A program made the translations under genes and the position numbers. A model generated the notes under the pieces. The model was given only the letters and a program-made list of their open reading frames with translations. It did no database searches and was not told the DNA's origin. Below, piece by piece: positions 9,627 through 19,433 of a stretch of 64,000 nucleotides of DNA. The DNA is from an uncultured Acidimicrobiia bacterium (GTDB lineage Bacteria > Actinomycetota > Acidimicrobiia > Acidimicrobiales > SZUA-35). Location of the stretch: NCBI GenBank assembly GCA_965530755.1, contig CBESNA010000003.1:76848-140847 (forward strand). The letters run 5' to 3'. The first letter of the stretch is position 1, and every line of letters begins with the position of its first letter.

Positions 9627-10346
9627 ATGACCACCAGCATCGATCCAGACGAACACCTCGAAGAGGCGGCGCCCGCCGCCCGGCTGAAGCACCCTCGGGC
9701 CGTGCGCTGGATGCACTGGATCAACTTCCCGCTGCTGATCGTGATGATCTGGTCGGGCTATCGCATCTACTGGGCCGATCTGCGCGACCCGTTCGTCCTC
9801 GGCGTGGGCGACTACTCGTTCTTCGAGTTCTGGCCGACATGGGTCAACGAGAAGCTGCAGCTGGAGAGTCGCCTCGCTCGCGGGATGGCCTTCCACTTCA
9901 GCTTCGCCTGGCTCTTCACCCTGAACGGGATCGCCTATGCCATCTACACGTGGCGAAGCGGTGAGTGGCGCCAGATCGTCCCCGAGCGGGGAACCGTTCG
10001 CGACAGCATCCAGGTCTTCCTCCGCGACCTGGGCATCGGCCGGTCGAAACCGCTCCCACCGCAGGCCCGCTACAACGGCGCCCAGCGGCTCACCTACTCC
10101 ATGATCCTCCTTCTCGGCGGCGTGGAGGTGCTCACCGGGCTGGCGATCTACAAGCCGACGCAGCTCTCGCCCCTCACCTCATTGTTCGGCGGCTACGAAT
10201 CAGCCCGCTTCATCCACTTCGCGATCACGATCGTCTTCATCGTGTTCTTCGCGGTCCACCTCATCCAGGTGGGGAGAGCAGGGTGGTCGAACTTCACGAG
10301 CATGATCACCGGCTACGAACGACAGGAAGGAAACAGACATGGCTGA
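9627..10346 (+). CDS. Membrane di-haem cytochrome b (b561 / Ni-hydrogenase cytochrome b-type family)
   Basis: HPRAVRWMHWINFPLLIVMIWSG plus further His-bearing TM helices. The 3' end overlaps the next gene by 8 nt (ATGGCTGA). Confidence 0.75.
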   Translation: MTTSIDPDEHLEEAAPAARLKHPRAVRWMHWINFPLLIVMIWSGYRIYWADLRDPFVLGVGDYSFFEFWPTWVNEKLQLESRLARGMAFHFSFAWLFTLNGIAYAIYTWRSGEWRQIVPERGTVRDSIQVFLRDLGIGRSKPLPPQARYNGAQRLTYSMILLLGGVEVLTGLAIYKPTQLSPLTSLFGGYESARFIHFAITIVFIVFFAVHLIQVGRAGWSNFTSMITGYERQEGNRHG

Positions 10347-11133
10347 GACCAACGACCAACGGGCCGCACGTTACGCCGACCTCGAAGCGTCGTATCCGAC
10401 GATTTCCCAGGCCGACTACCGGCGGCGCTCACGTCGCTCCGTCTTGACCGGTGGTGCAGCAGCACTCGCCGGATTCGCCGGGTGGCGATGGATCCAGAAC
10501 GCGCCTGCGGATGGCAGAATTCCGGCACCACTTCGCGATGTCCATGAAGCGAACGAGTCGCTCTGGCGAGCACTGTTCCGGGGAGACAAGCTGGCGCCGA
10601 CGTTCGATCGCGGCGATTCCTCGATGCTCCGGGTCAACGGTCGACGAGGCATCGGGGAGGAGATCGATCTCGCTACCTGGTCGATGTCGGTCCGCACCGA
10701 AGGCCAGGAAATCGCGACCCACACCCTCGACGACATCACCGGACTTCCGAAGCAAGAGATGACGGTCGAACACAAATGCGTCGAAGGCTGGAGCCATGTG
10801 GTCACATGGGGCGGCGTCCGCTTCACCGACTTCCTCGAGGCCCATCATGCCGAGCGGCTCAGCTCACCTTCCGAGTTCGTCAGCCTGGAGACACCTGACC
10901 GCGGCTTCTATGTCGGGCTGGAGTGGGCGGCGATGATGCACCCCCAGACACTCCTCGCATTCGAGCTCCAAGGAGAAGCGCTTGACCAGGAACACGGAGC
11001 GCCCCTTCGACTCGTGACCCCGTTGAAGTACGGCATCAAGCAACTCAAACGCATCGGCGTCATCGAGTTCACCGACACGCGGCCGGCTGACTTCTGGGGC
11101 GAGCGAGGTTACGACTGGTACGCAGGCCTCTGA
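10339..11133 (+). CDS. Molybdopterin-dependent oxidoreductase (sulfite oxidase / YedY-MsrP-like), Tat-exported
   Basis: Twin-arginine signal YRRRSRRSVLTGGAAALAGFAGW and Moco-Cys region EHKCVEGWSHVVTWGGVRF. It is coupled to the upstream cytochrome b gene. Confidence 0.8.
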   Translation: MAETNDQRAARYADLEASYPTISQADYRRRSRRSVLTGGAAALAGFAGWRWIQNAPADGRIPAPLRDVHEANESLWRALFRGDKLAPTFDRGDSSMLRVNGRRGIGEEIDLATWSMSVRTEGQEIATHTLDDITGLPKQEMTVEHKCVEGWSHVVTWGGVRFTDFLEAHHAERLSSPSEFVSLETPDRGFYVGLEWAAMMHPQTLLAFELQGEALDQEHGAPLRLVTPLKYGIKQLKRIGVIEFTDTRPADFWGERGYDWYAGL

Positions 11134-11173
11134 TCGGTCGACGAAGGACGGCCGAACCGCCGGAGATGTTCGG

Positions 11174-11971
11174 TCAGACCCGAGCGTCGGCAGCGGCGTC
11201 GATGATCGATTCGTCGGTCGCCGACTCGAACACGACCTGCGACGTCTCACCATCGCGGCCGAGCTTCGATGGTTCGACCAACACGCCGATCTTCCACGTC
11301 TGGTCGTAGCCCAACGTCGTGCCGTGGTTCACATTGCGTCGATGGCGAAGGATCTGCGATACGAGGTTCGTCACCCGGATGCGGGCTGCATCCTTGGATT
11401 CCGGCGAGTCCACCATCTCGATCTCTCGGAGACCGAAGGCCTCCATGCCAGACGTCGATGCCGTGACAGAGCCGTCGCGACCCTTGCCGACGACGATGTC
11501 GACCCAGAGATCGAGAGGAAGACTCGGGAACGCCGAAGCCTTCTCCATGAAAGCCCTGCGGCTGATGAGGTGCGGCGTCGCCGGCCAGTACACGCCGAGC
11601 GCGTCCGGAGCGGCAGCGAGGGCAGACGACGTGATCTTCGTCGCCAGTGAGAACAGGTCCGTCGCACGACGATTGTCGATGTCGACCGAGATCACCATGT
11701 GCGACTGGTGGCGCATGAGTCCATTGATCGAGCCGGGCCACAGCTTGTCGGCCACCCGCCGCTCCGGGAAGTCTTCGTAGTCGATCGGCGACGCGACGTT
11801 GACCATCAGAATCGCCGCTTCGCCAAGAGCGAACCCGACTTCGTGATCGCCTCGCACGAGATTCTGCAGGTTGCCGATCTCGGGCCAGCGCCATCCCAGA
11901 TCGTTCACCAACAGCTTTCCGTCGATGTTCGGCAAACCCTCGAACAACACCAGAGCCTGTACCTCTGCCAC
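11174..11971 (-). CDS. Hypothetical protein
   Basis: 265-aa ORF with coding-like composition. I confidently recognise no motif. Confidence 0.55.
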   Translation of the reverse strand: MAEVQALVLFEGLPNIDGKLLVNDLGWRWPEIGNLQNLVRGDHEVGFALGEAAILMVNVASPIDYEDFPERRVADKLWPGSINGLMRHQSHMVISVDIDNRRATDLFSLATKITSSALAAAPDALGVYWPATPHLISRRAFMEKASAFPSLPLDLWVDIVVGKGRDGSVTASTSGMEAFGLREIEMVDSPESKDAARIRVTNLVSQILRHRRNVNHGTTLGYDQTWKIGVLVEPSKLGRDGETSQVVFESATDESIIDAAADARV

Positions 11972-12097
11972 GCGGTCATCCTCACCTTCGAGATCGATGG
12001 GCCGGATGTCCTGTCGGCGAAGCCGCGGAACACCGGTCTGCTTGACCTATCGGCAGCACTCCGGTGGAGGTTGAGTACCCACAGTCGCAAACGCAGA

Positions 12098-12673
12098 TCA
12101 ACGATCGAACGGTGGATCTCCTGGCCGTTCACTCGTGAGACCGTGGCCCGCCACCGGTGACCCGCCGGCTCCTGAGAACCCGGATTGGCGCCACGCCTCG
12201 AACACGACGACCGCCACCGCGTTGGCCAGGTTCAGGCTTCGATTTCCGTCTCGCATCGGAATCCGGAGGCGATGGCCAGACGGCATCGAGGCCAGGATCT
12301 CCCCACTCAGGCCGTGACGTTCCGGCCCGAACACGACGACGTCATCGGCCAGGAAGTCAACATCGCTGTACGAGCGCTGAGCGCTCGACGTGAAGCCGAA
12401 CCACCGACCTGCGAGTTTGCTGCGAACCGAGACGAGATCGGGGTGCACGGTGACATCGGCCAGCTCGTGATAGTCGAGGCCGGCCCTGATGAGGTCGGCA
12501 TCGGCCATACGAAACCCGAGGGGCTCGACGAGGTGGAGCGACGAGCCGGTGTTGGCGCACAGCCGGATGATGTTTCCCGTGTTCGGGGCGATCTCGGGGG
12601 CGACGAGGACGACGTGCACCCATGGAGTCTGCCCGTCTGGGCCCGATCGCCCGCTTGGTGAGTCGTTCGACAC
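12098..12673 (-). CDS. trmL: tRNA (cytidine/uridine-2'-O)-methyltransferase, SpoU/TrmL
   Basis: APEIAPNTGNIIRLCANTGSSLHLVEPLGF, RAGLDYH, RIPM..RSLNLANAVAVVVFEAWRQ; near-collinear with E. coli TrmL. GTG start. Confidence 0.85.
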   Translation of the reverse strand: MSNDSPSGRSGPDGQTPWVHVVLVAPEIAPNTGNIIRLCANTGSSLHLVEPLGFRMADADLIRAGLDYHELADVTVHPDLVSVRSKLAGRWFGFTSSAQRSYSDVDFLADDVVVFGPERHGLSGEILASMPSGHRLRIPMRDGNRSLNLANAVAVVVFEAWRQSGFSGAGGSPVAGHGLTSERPGDPPFDR

Positions 12674-12704
12674 GGGCAGAACGTGCTCGAAGCTCCTTAG
12701 GGTG

Positions 12705-14786
12705 ATGACACATCTACGGGCCTCTGCGGCCCCACTGGCGAGAAGAATGCCTACCGAACACGAAGCGAACGATCCTTACCAGCCCACGGGCGATCAGACG
12801 ACCATCGGCAGTCCGATCTTCGCCGATGGCATCCCGTTCGACGATCCGCTCGCACCCCCGCCAGAACTCGAGGCCGACCAGCCCGTCCAGACCAACGAAC
12901 CAGTCGAGGCCGACCAGCCCGTCCAGACCAACGAACCAGTCGAGGCCGACCAGCCCGTCCAGACCAACGAACCAGTCGAGGCCGACCAGCCCGTCCAGAC
13001 CAACGAACCAGTCGAGGCCGACCAGCCCGTCCAGACCGACCAGCCCGTCCAGACCAACGAACCAGTCGAGGCCGACCAGCCCGTCCAGACCGACGAACCC
13101 GAGAATGAGGAGCTCCAACCAAATGAAGAGCTGACCGGATTCGCGGCGCTCGGACTTGGCCCCGAATTGCTGGCCACGCTGACCGAGCTCGGGTACGAAC
13201 AGCCGACGCCGATCCAGGTCGAGACCATTCCCCTGCTCTTGACGGGCATCGATCTTCTTGGCCAGGCGGCAACCGGTACCGGGAAGACGGCCGCCTTCGC
13301 TCTGCCCATCCTCGAACGCATCGGTTCCGGAGCGAAACCACTCCCCAGAGCTCTCGTACTCACTCCCACGCGTGAGCTCGCCATTCAGGTCAGCGAAGCA
13401 ATTCAGCAATACGGGAAGAAGCTCGGCATCGAAGTCGTCGCCGTCTTCGGCGGTCAGCCGATCCACCGTCAGCTGCGTGCCCTGGACCGTGGTGTCCACG
13501 TCGTCGTCGCAACTCCAGGCCGAGCGCTCGACCACATCAAGCGCCGCAGCCTTCGTCTCGATCGGATCGAGACCGTCGTACTCGACGAAGCAGACGAGAT
13601 GCTCGACATGGGGTTCAGCGAAGACCTCGAGGCGATCCTCGATGAAACTCCGGCCGAACGCCAGACCGTCATGTTCTCGGCCACGCTCCCGCCCCGCATC
13701 AACGCGATCGCCAAACGACACCAGAACGATCCAGTGAGAATTCGCGTCGGTCGTGCAGACGCGACACCAGGCAACGCCGATGTGGCTCAGTCGGTCTACA
13801 TGGTCAGTCGAAAGCACAAGGCGGCTGCGCTCGGCCGCATCCTCGACATGGAGTCGCCGCAGGCTGCGCTCGTGTTCTGCAAGACCCGCGCCGACGTCGA
13901 CGATCTCACCGAGGTGATGATGGGGCGCGGCTACCGAGCCGAAGCGCTGCACGGCGGTATGGATCAACCCCAGCGGGATCGGGTCATGGGGCGACTCCGT
14001 GACGGAACCGCCGAACTCCTGATCGCCACCGACGTCGCCGCTCGTGGGCTCGACGTCGATCTCTTGACCCACGTCGTCAACTACGACGTGCCGCCGGCAC
14101 CCGAGTCCTATGTCCACCGCATCGGCCGAGTCGGTCGCGCCGGCCGCGAAGGTGTTGCCATCACCCTCGTCGAGCAGAAGGAGAAGCGTCTCCTCCGCAA
14201 CGTCGAACGGCTCACGAAGCAATCGATCGCGGTGCGCAGTCTCCCCACCGTGGCCGACGTCAAAGCCAGCAAGATCCAACGAACGACCGATCGGGTCGGT
14301 GAGGCATCGAGCGATGCCGACCTCGAAACGTATCGTTCAGTGCTCGATCAACTCGCCGAGACTCACGGCCTCGAAGCCGTCGCCCTCGCCGCCATCAAGT
14401 TGCTCCACGAAGTCGAGCATCCGGGTGAGGACACCGAGATTCCCGCAGTCGTCGACCGATCGTCCGGTGATCGAGGCCGCGGCAACGATCGCTCGAGTCG
14501 GGGCAACCGCTCGAACGCTGACCGCCAAGGTGGTGGCGACGCCACCGGCGATACACAGTTCGTCTTCATCGGCCTCGGCGGCAAGGCCAAGATCCGACCG
14601 GGTGATCTGGTGGGCGCCATCGCCAACAACACGAATCTGAGCGGCAAGCAGATCGGTCCGATCCGCATCTCCGATCATCACAGCGTGGTGGGAGTTCCGG
14701 CCTCAGCCGTCGACGAGGTCATCAAGACGATGCACGGCATGCACCTCCGAGGCAAGAAGGCCAAGGCCCGCCGCTACTCGGATTGA
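12705..14786 (+). CDS. deaD: DEAD-box RNA helicase (DeaD/CsdA-like) with repetitive acidic N-terminal extension and DbpA-type C-terminal RNA-binding domain
   Basis: Q motif GYEQPTPIQ; motif I AATGTGKT; Ia PTRELA; II VLDEADEML; III SAT; VI HRIGRVGRAG. The C-terminus reads FIGLGGKAKIRPGDLVGAI. The start is uncertain (12702/12705/12747); track start 12489 overlaps trmL. Confidence 0.9.
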   Translation: MTHLRASAAPLARRMPTEHEANDPYQPTGDQTTIGSPIFADGIPFDDPLAPPPELEADQPVQTNEPVEADQPVQTNEPVEADQPVQTNEPVEADQPVQTNEPVEADQPVQTDQPVQTNEPVEADQPVQTDEPENEELQPNEELTGFAALGLGPELLATLTELGYEQPTPIQVETIPLLLTGIDLLGQAATGTGKTAAFALPILERIGSGAKPLPRALVLTPTRELAIQVSEAIQQYGKKLGIEVVAVFGGQPIHRQLRALDRGVHVVVATPGRALDHIKRRSLRLDRIETVVLDEADEMLDMGFSEDLEAILDETPAERQTVMFSATLPPRINAIAKRHQNDPVRIRVGRADATPGNADVAQSVYMVSRKHKAAALGRILDMESPQAALVFCKTRADVDDLTEVMMGRGYRAEALHGGMDQPQRDRVMGRLRDGTAELLIATDVAARGLDVDLLTHVVNYDVPPAPESYVHRIGRVGRAGREGVAITLVEQKEKRLLRNVERLTKQSIAVRSLPTVADVKASKIQRTTDRVGEASSDADLETYRSVLDQLAETHGLEAVALAAIKLLHEVEHPGEDTEIPAVVDRSSGDRGRGNDRSSRGNRSNADRQGGGDATGDTQFVFIGLGGKAKIRPGDLVGAIANNTNLSGKQIGPIRISDHHSVVGVPASAVDEVIKTMHGMHLRGKKAKARRYSD
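12870..13103 (+). repeat. In-frame 36-bp tandem repeat (EADQPVQTNEPV units)
   Basis: Four identical 36-bp units at 12870-13013, a 54-bp unit with an internal 18-bp duplication at 13014-13067, and a degenerate unit at 13068-13103. Confidence 0.95.
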
Positions 14787-14794
14787 CATCGCCG

Positions 14795-16849
14795 TCAGCG
14801 AAGTCGGCGGAGCGCTCCAAGGACGAACTTCACAGCCACGACGGCGAACACGAGCAGTAGAGCCAGCAGTGCACCGAGGCCGAACTGACGAGCCACGGAG
14901 ACTCGCTCTTCCGGCTCTGCGAGTGTCGCCAGCGCAGCTTCGACCGCGTCGACGGTCGGAGTCTTGCTGCGAACGACTTCGCCTCCGCCGCGTACGCCGA
15001 GCGCATCGCCACCGAAGGCAGACCAACCGCTCCTGGTGGCGTAGTCGACGAAACTTCTGCTCAGTTCCTCATGCGGGCTGAAGAGGACGAGCAAGTCACG
15101 ATCGGCCCACGACCTGCTCGCCGAGAGGAACGCAAGGTCCGCCGGGTTCTCACCGGCGACGAAGGCCAACTGTTCGGATCGGACGGTCGTGAGGTCTCGG
15201 GCGACTGCATCGGCAACCGGACCTTCGCCGTTGGTCACGATGAGCCCCGGCGCTGACCCGGACAAGACCTCTTCGATCGACGCACTGTCGGGATGTATCG
15301 GGATGGGGCTCGCCCCTTGGAGTACACCGAGCGTGCCCATTGCCAGCTCCAACTCGCTGTCCGTGTCCCCGACCGCCACCGAGAACGGTCCGAGGGCGAC
15401 CTGCGGAAAACGATCCAGGGAGGGTGGCAGGGACTGCCCCGGTTCGGCGTCGACCCAGGAGGCGGCGTCAAGCGTCAGCTCGTGATTGGGGAGCTGGTCT
15501 CCGCAGTCCAGGGGAAGCTCTGACCTGATGACGACCACGTTGTCCCGACCGACCTTCGAGGCATCGATCACGAACTCCAGGTCGAAACGTCCGGAGGGGT
15601 CGTAGTCGATCGAGTCCTGAAGATCACCGTTGAACCACAGCGTCACGACGGGATCCTGACCCTGAGTGGAAGAAGCGAGCGCCACCCCGCCCAGACGTAC
15701 CCGAATCTCCTCGACCGGTTCGCCGAACGCCGCCTGCGGCAGCGAAATCGGCAGTTCGAGCACGCGGCTACCGGTCGCCGACAATCGTCGCACCCCGACA
15801 TCGCGAAGGGATCGCTGGCCCAAGAGGTCGAGCGATCCCGCGCCGTCCTCGAGTTCCTCGACGTGGACGGTGTCACGGGTGATGAATGCCAGTTGCGGAG
15901 CGCTGACGGCTGCGGCCATCTCCTCGAGCAGACCAGGAGGCCCAGAGATCTCGAGGTAGGTCCCGTTGATCCCCTGTCGTACCTGCATCAACGCCTCGTC
16001 ACCCTCTGCCAACACCACCGTGCGGGTGAACGGGTCGTTGCTGACCGGAGGCGGAAGCGGATTGGCGGCCTCGGCCGGCTGGTGAACGACGTCGAGCGCA
16101 GGCATACGCGCGTAGCGGCGGGCCAGCGCCGTCGCCAGCTCCAAGGATGCCGACCGGACCGATGGGTCCGCCCCCGGGTCGATCACGACGATGGCCGACT
16201 GGAGAACCGGTGGGAAGAAATCAGCGATGTTCTCGGGTCGGGTGTCGATCCGCTCGAAGAAGAATTCATTGTCGACGAGCCGAAGGGCCGACTGCTCGAC
16301 GACGCTCGAGGTGCATGTGGCCCCGAACCGCTCCTCGACTGAGATCGCAAGTGTGGTGTCGGTGGCCACCGGCGTGTCGAGCGTGAAGGTCAGCTCCTCT
16401 GTGGAACCACCGGGCACCGTCGCTGAGAACACCGACACACCGTCGATGGCCATGTCGAGCTGGATCTCGTGGACCGCACTCGGAACCACGACCGTTGTCT
16501 TGAAGGCGGTGAACACCAGTCCGTCTGCGACCGCGATGTCGATCTCGCGTCGACCGGCGGGGCGAAGGAGGGTGATCGTGTCGCCGAGACCGAGATCTCC
16601 GGAATCGAACGATGCAGAAGGCAGCAGCGGATCAGTGTCGTCCTCGACCTGGTTCGGAACGAGAGCGTTGTCGACGAACGTGACCAGCCGCCCGTCATCC
16701 GACTCTGCCGCAAGACCCCCGTCAGTCGAATCATCGATCTGGAGCGGCACCAACGGCGCCGCCAGGCCGATCGCCGGAGGAAGCACCAAGAGACAGCAGA
16801 TGGCCAACGCAAACACACCCGCGAACCGACGACCTGTCGTGCGAATCAC
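14795..16849 (-). CDS. Exported protein with C-terminal TM anchor, BcsB-like architecture (putative polysaccharide-synthase partner subunit)
   Basis: N-terminal signal/anchor (FAGVFALAICCLLVLPPAIGLAAP), about 620 aa external region in two similar halves, and a C-terminal TM helix (LGALLALLLVFAVVAVKFVLGAL). GTG 16849 overlaps the GT2 stop (GTGA). The track start is 16930. Confidence 0.6.
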   Translation of the reverse strand: MIRTTGRRFAGVFALAICCLLVLPPAIGLAAPLVPLQIDDSTDGGLAAESDDGRLVTFVDNALVPNQVEDDTDPLLPSASFDSGDLGLGDTITLLRPAGRREIDIAVADGLVFTAFKTTVVVPSAVHEIQLDMAIDGVSVFSATVPGGSTEELTFTLDTPVATDTTLAISVEERFGATCTSSVVEQSALRLVDNEFFFERIDTRPENIADFFPPVLQSAIVVIDPGADPSVRSASLELATALARRYARMPALDVVHQPAEAANPLPPPVSNDPFTRTVVLAEGDEALMQVRQGINGTYLEISGPPGLLEEMAAAVSAPQLAFITRDTVHVEELEDGAGSLDLLGQRSLRDVGVRRLSATGSRVLELPISLPQAAFGEPVEEIRVRLGGVALASSTQGQDPVVTLWFNGDLQDSIDYDPSGRFDLEFVIDASKVGRDNVVVIRSELPLDCGDQLPNHELTLDAASWVDAEPGQSLPPSLDRFPQVALGPFSVAVGDTDSELELAMGTLGVLQGASPIPIHPDSASIEEVLSGSAPGLIVTNGEGPVADAVARDLTTVRSEQLAFVAGENPADLAFLSASRSWADRDLLVLFSPHEELSRSFVDYATRSGWSAFGGDALGVRGGGEVVRSKTPTVDAVEAALATLAEPEERVSVARQFGLGALLALLLVFAVVAVKFVLGALRRLR

Positions 16850-18255
16850 GCCGACTCCACCTGTTTGAAGCCGGCTCTGGGCATCTCGCCCCACGCCGTC
16901 TCGCCGGGCAGCAAGGAACGAATACGCCACACCAGGGTGAGCTGCCGATAACCCCAGTTCAGCAGCACGGCGAAAAGGATCAGGCGCCGGACATCACTCG
17001 GCCGATGGTAGATCGCGAGACGTTGGACGCCGACGAGGACAGCGAGCATGGTCAAGGCCATACCGAAGAATTGCGTCGTCAGGAAGATCGCCAACGCCGC
17101 CTCGGGATCGACGAACCGGAAGCCAACGAGAATGACGAGCAATACCCATCCGATCGCTTCGAGGATCGGACCGATCCATTCGAACACGTAGAGCGAACCC
17201 ATGCCGACAGTGCCGACGACACCGTATCGGCGACGTCCGATCATGTTTCCGTAGTCATCCATGATCAGTTTCAAGCCCCGGTGCCAGCGGATCCGCTGCC
17301 GTTCCAGGATGGCTTTGTCTGAGGGAAACTCGGTCCAGACGATGGCCTCCGGAACCTGCGCGATTCGATACTTGGCGCCGCTCTCGAGCTGGTGCTTCTG
17401 AATGCGCATGCACATGTCCATGTCTTCGCCGAGGTGGCCGTGCACGTACCCGCCAACGCCGAGGATGGCGTCTCTTCGAAACAGCCCGAACCCTCCCGAG
17501 ATGATCGGCATGGCACCGATGTGCGCCAACCCCGGCCTGGCGACGAGGAATGCGGTCAGGTACTCGATCAGCTGACAGCCGACCCAGAAGTTACTCCCGA
17601 CCCGACGATCGACGATCCGTGGGCCATCGATGGTGATGTCATTGGCCGGAAGCAGGGTCGTTCCCACACCAATGACCTCATCGGGGCTCACGACGACCTC
17701 GGCCATGCAGCGAGCGATGACGTCGAGCTCCATGAACTCATCGGCATCCATCACCACGACCCAGTCGTAGGTCGCGATGTTCACGCCGACGTTCGAGTTG
17801 TCGGCTTTCGCTCCCGAGCCTGCTTTGTCGACGACGACCAGGTTGGGAACCTGTTGCGATCGGTAGATGGCAAACAGTTCTTTGGTCTCGATCGGGCCAC
17901 CTGCCGGCTGAGACTCGAACACGTGCATGTCGAAACTCTCGATCAGCACGCCCATCGTGTTGTCCTTCGAGCCGTCGTTGACGACGATGATCTCGAGATT
18001 CGCGTACTGCTGTTCAAGCGCACTCCGGACCGTGTGGACGATCACCGCTTCCTCGTTGTACGCAGGCAGGATCAGCGAGACTCCCGGCGCACTAGCGTCG
18101 ACCTTGATCTTCTGGAGTGCCAGTTGGCGGTTTCCGTGGCGGTGACGATTCAACAGTTGGCCGGACAGCGTGGCCCACGTGATCATGGCCAGGTACTGGA
18201 GGATGGTGAAGCCGAAGCAGATCCCCATGAACACGACGACGCCTGTGCGGATCAT
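16846..18255 (-). CDS. Processive family-2 glycosyltransferase (cellulose/PNAG/chitin-synthase-like), integral membrane
   Basis: PAYNEE, VVNDGSKD, VVVMDADE, GEDMDM and the processive-GT2 signature RQRIRWHRG, flanked by TM helices. I saw no PilZ domain. Confidence 0.85.
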   Translation of the reverse strand: MIRTGVVVFMGICFGFTILQYLAMITWATLSGQLLNRHRHGNRQLALQKIKVDASAPGVSLILPAYNEEAVIVHTVRSALEQQYANLEIIVVNDGSKDNTMGVLIESFDMHVFESQPAGGPIETKELFAIYRSQQVPNLVVVDKAGSGAKADNSNVGVNIATYDWVVVMDADEFMELDVIARCMAEVVVSPDEVIGVGTTLLPANDITIDGPRIVDRRVGSNFWVGCQLIEYLTAFLVARPGLAHIGAMPIISGGFGLFRRDAILGVGGYVHGHLGEDMDMCMRIQKHQLESGAKYRIAQVPEAIVWTEFPSDKAILERQRIRWHRGLKLIMDDYGNMIGRRRYGVVGTVGMGSLYVFEWIGPILEAIGWVLLVILVGFRFVDPEAALAIFLTTQFFGMALTMLAVLVGVQRLAIYHRPSDVRRLILFAVLLNWGYRQLTLVWRIRSLLPGETAWGEMPRAGFKQVESA

Positions 18256-19316
18256 GGCGCTGCGGTTTCGTGTGTCGTCGTCTCATACGGATTCGCCGGC
18301 TCACGTCGTGGCAGGCCGGCAGCCGTTTCCTTGCCGTCACGGCCCGCGTTCGACCAGAGGACTTCGGAGGCCATCGATGCCGCGTCAGATGACTCACCGC
18401 TGGCAGCGGCCCGATGCAGGATGGCCCGGCCGGCGTCGGTCTGAGCCAGCCTGGAAGCGGCGGCGAACCGCGTCATCCGATCCGGTGCCGTGAGGGCTCC
18501 GGCGAGTGCGATCTGAGCACCGGGGTGTTCGATGGTGTTCGCAAGCGCGTTGACCGCAGCCAGTCGTCGCTGACTCGAAGGGTCGTCGAGCGCCTCGATC
18601 AGCACGCTCAGAGCATCGCTGGCCGAGCCGGCGTCCGGGAGCACACCTCGTGCCAGCGACTGCTCGGCCAACATCGGAGCGTTTCGCCACTGCGGACGGG
18701 CCACGGGCATCCGACTGTCAGGATTGCTGGCCATGGCGCTGGTCGCCCGGCCGAGCGTGTCGAGCACCCAGCCGCCAGAACGGTTGACGAGACCGACCAA
18801 CACGCCGATGGCGACCGACGGGTCGAGGGTCACAAGGGCCTCGGCCGCAGCTCGGACCACTTGCTCGTCCTCGGCGTTGGCCAGGTTCGCGACCTCCCCG
18901 AGCAGACTCGTCAACTCGAGGATCTCGACGGTTTCCAGTCCTTCGATGCGATCCAATGGGTCATCACTGACGAGCTTCGCCCGGGCCCATTCGTCAACTG
19001 AACTCCGTCGTACGGCCTCGAACAGCTGCCGGTTCGCGAGTTCGCCGTAGCTACGGGCGATGGCCGCCATTGAAAGCACGACGGGCGTCGGGTCCTTCTG
19101 CGAACTCATCAGACGGTCGATCAGCTTCGTTGCGTCGGCTCCGCCGTGCCCCTCGGCAAGCAAAACGCCGAGTTCGTAGGCGTCCTCCCACAGCTGGCCT
19201 GCAGTTCGGGCTCGCCGCAACACAGCGTGGCGGGTGAACACAGTCCACACGGCCGTCAACAGGAACAGCGAGAACGCAGCCCCCGCGAGGAGCCAAGTGA
19301 AGTCCAGTGCTCGCAT
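18252..19316 (-). CDS. Membrane-anchored HEAT/armadillo-like repeat protein
   Basis: ATG 19316 gives an N-terminal TM helix (FTWLLAGAAFSLFLLTAVWTVF). Repeated helical units follow (VVRAAAEAL..LDP, RRLAAVNALAN, TRFAAASRLAQ). The stop overlaps the GT2 start (ATGA). Confidence 0.6.
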   Translation of the reverse strand: MRALDFTWLLAGAAFSLFLLTAVWTVFTRHAVLRRARTAGQLWEDAYELGVLLAEGHGGADATKLIDRLMSSQKDPTPVVLSMAAIARSYGELANRQLFEAVRRSSVDEWARAKLVSDDPLDRIEGLETVEILELTSLLGEVANLANAEDEQVVRAAAEALVTLDPSVAIGVLVGLVNRSGGWVLDTLGRATSAMASNPDSRMPVARPQWRNAPMLAEQSLARGVLPDAGSASDALSVLIEALDDPSSQRRLAAVNALANTIEHPGAQIALAGALTAPDRMTRFAAASRLAQTDAGRAILHRAAASGESSDAASMASEVLWSNAGRDGKETAAGLPRREPANPYETTTHETAAP

Positions 19317-19433
19317 CGGGTTCCATCGGCAACGGCATCCGCTGCGTGAGCCGAGAGTGCCTAATGGGCCGGTGGTTCGCCGGATATGGGCCGTTCGGCT
19401 CATCAGAACTCGGCTGGCAGACTCCCAGCCGTG

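Noticed and set aside
12870-13103. The tandem repeats here and at 28561-28719 considered as a CRISPR array.
   Set aside because: The first set is contiguous 36-bp units without spacers, in frame inside a helicase gene. The second set has only two copies, separated by a single 37-nt spacer. No cas genes are present.
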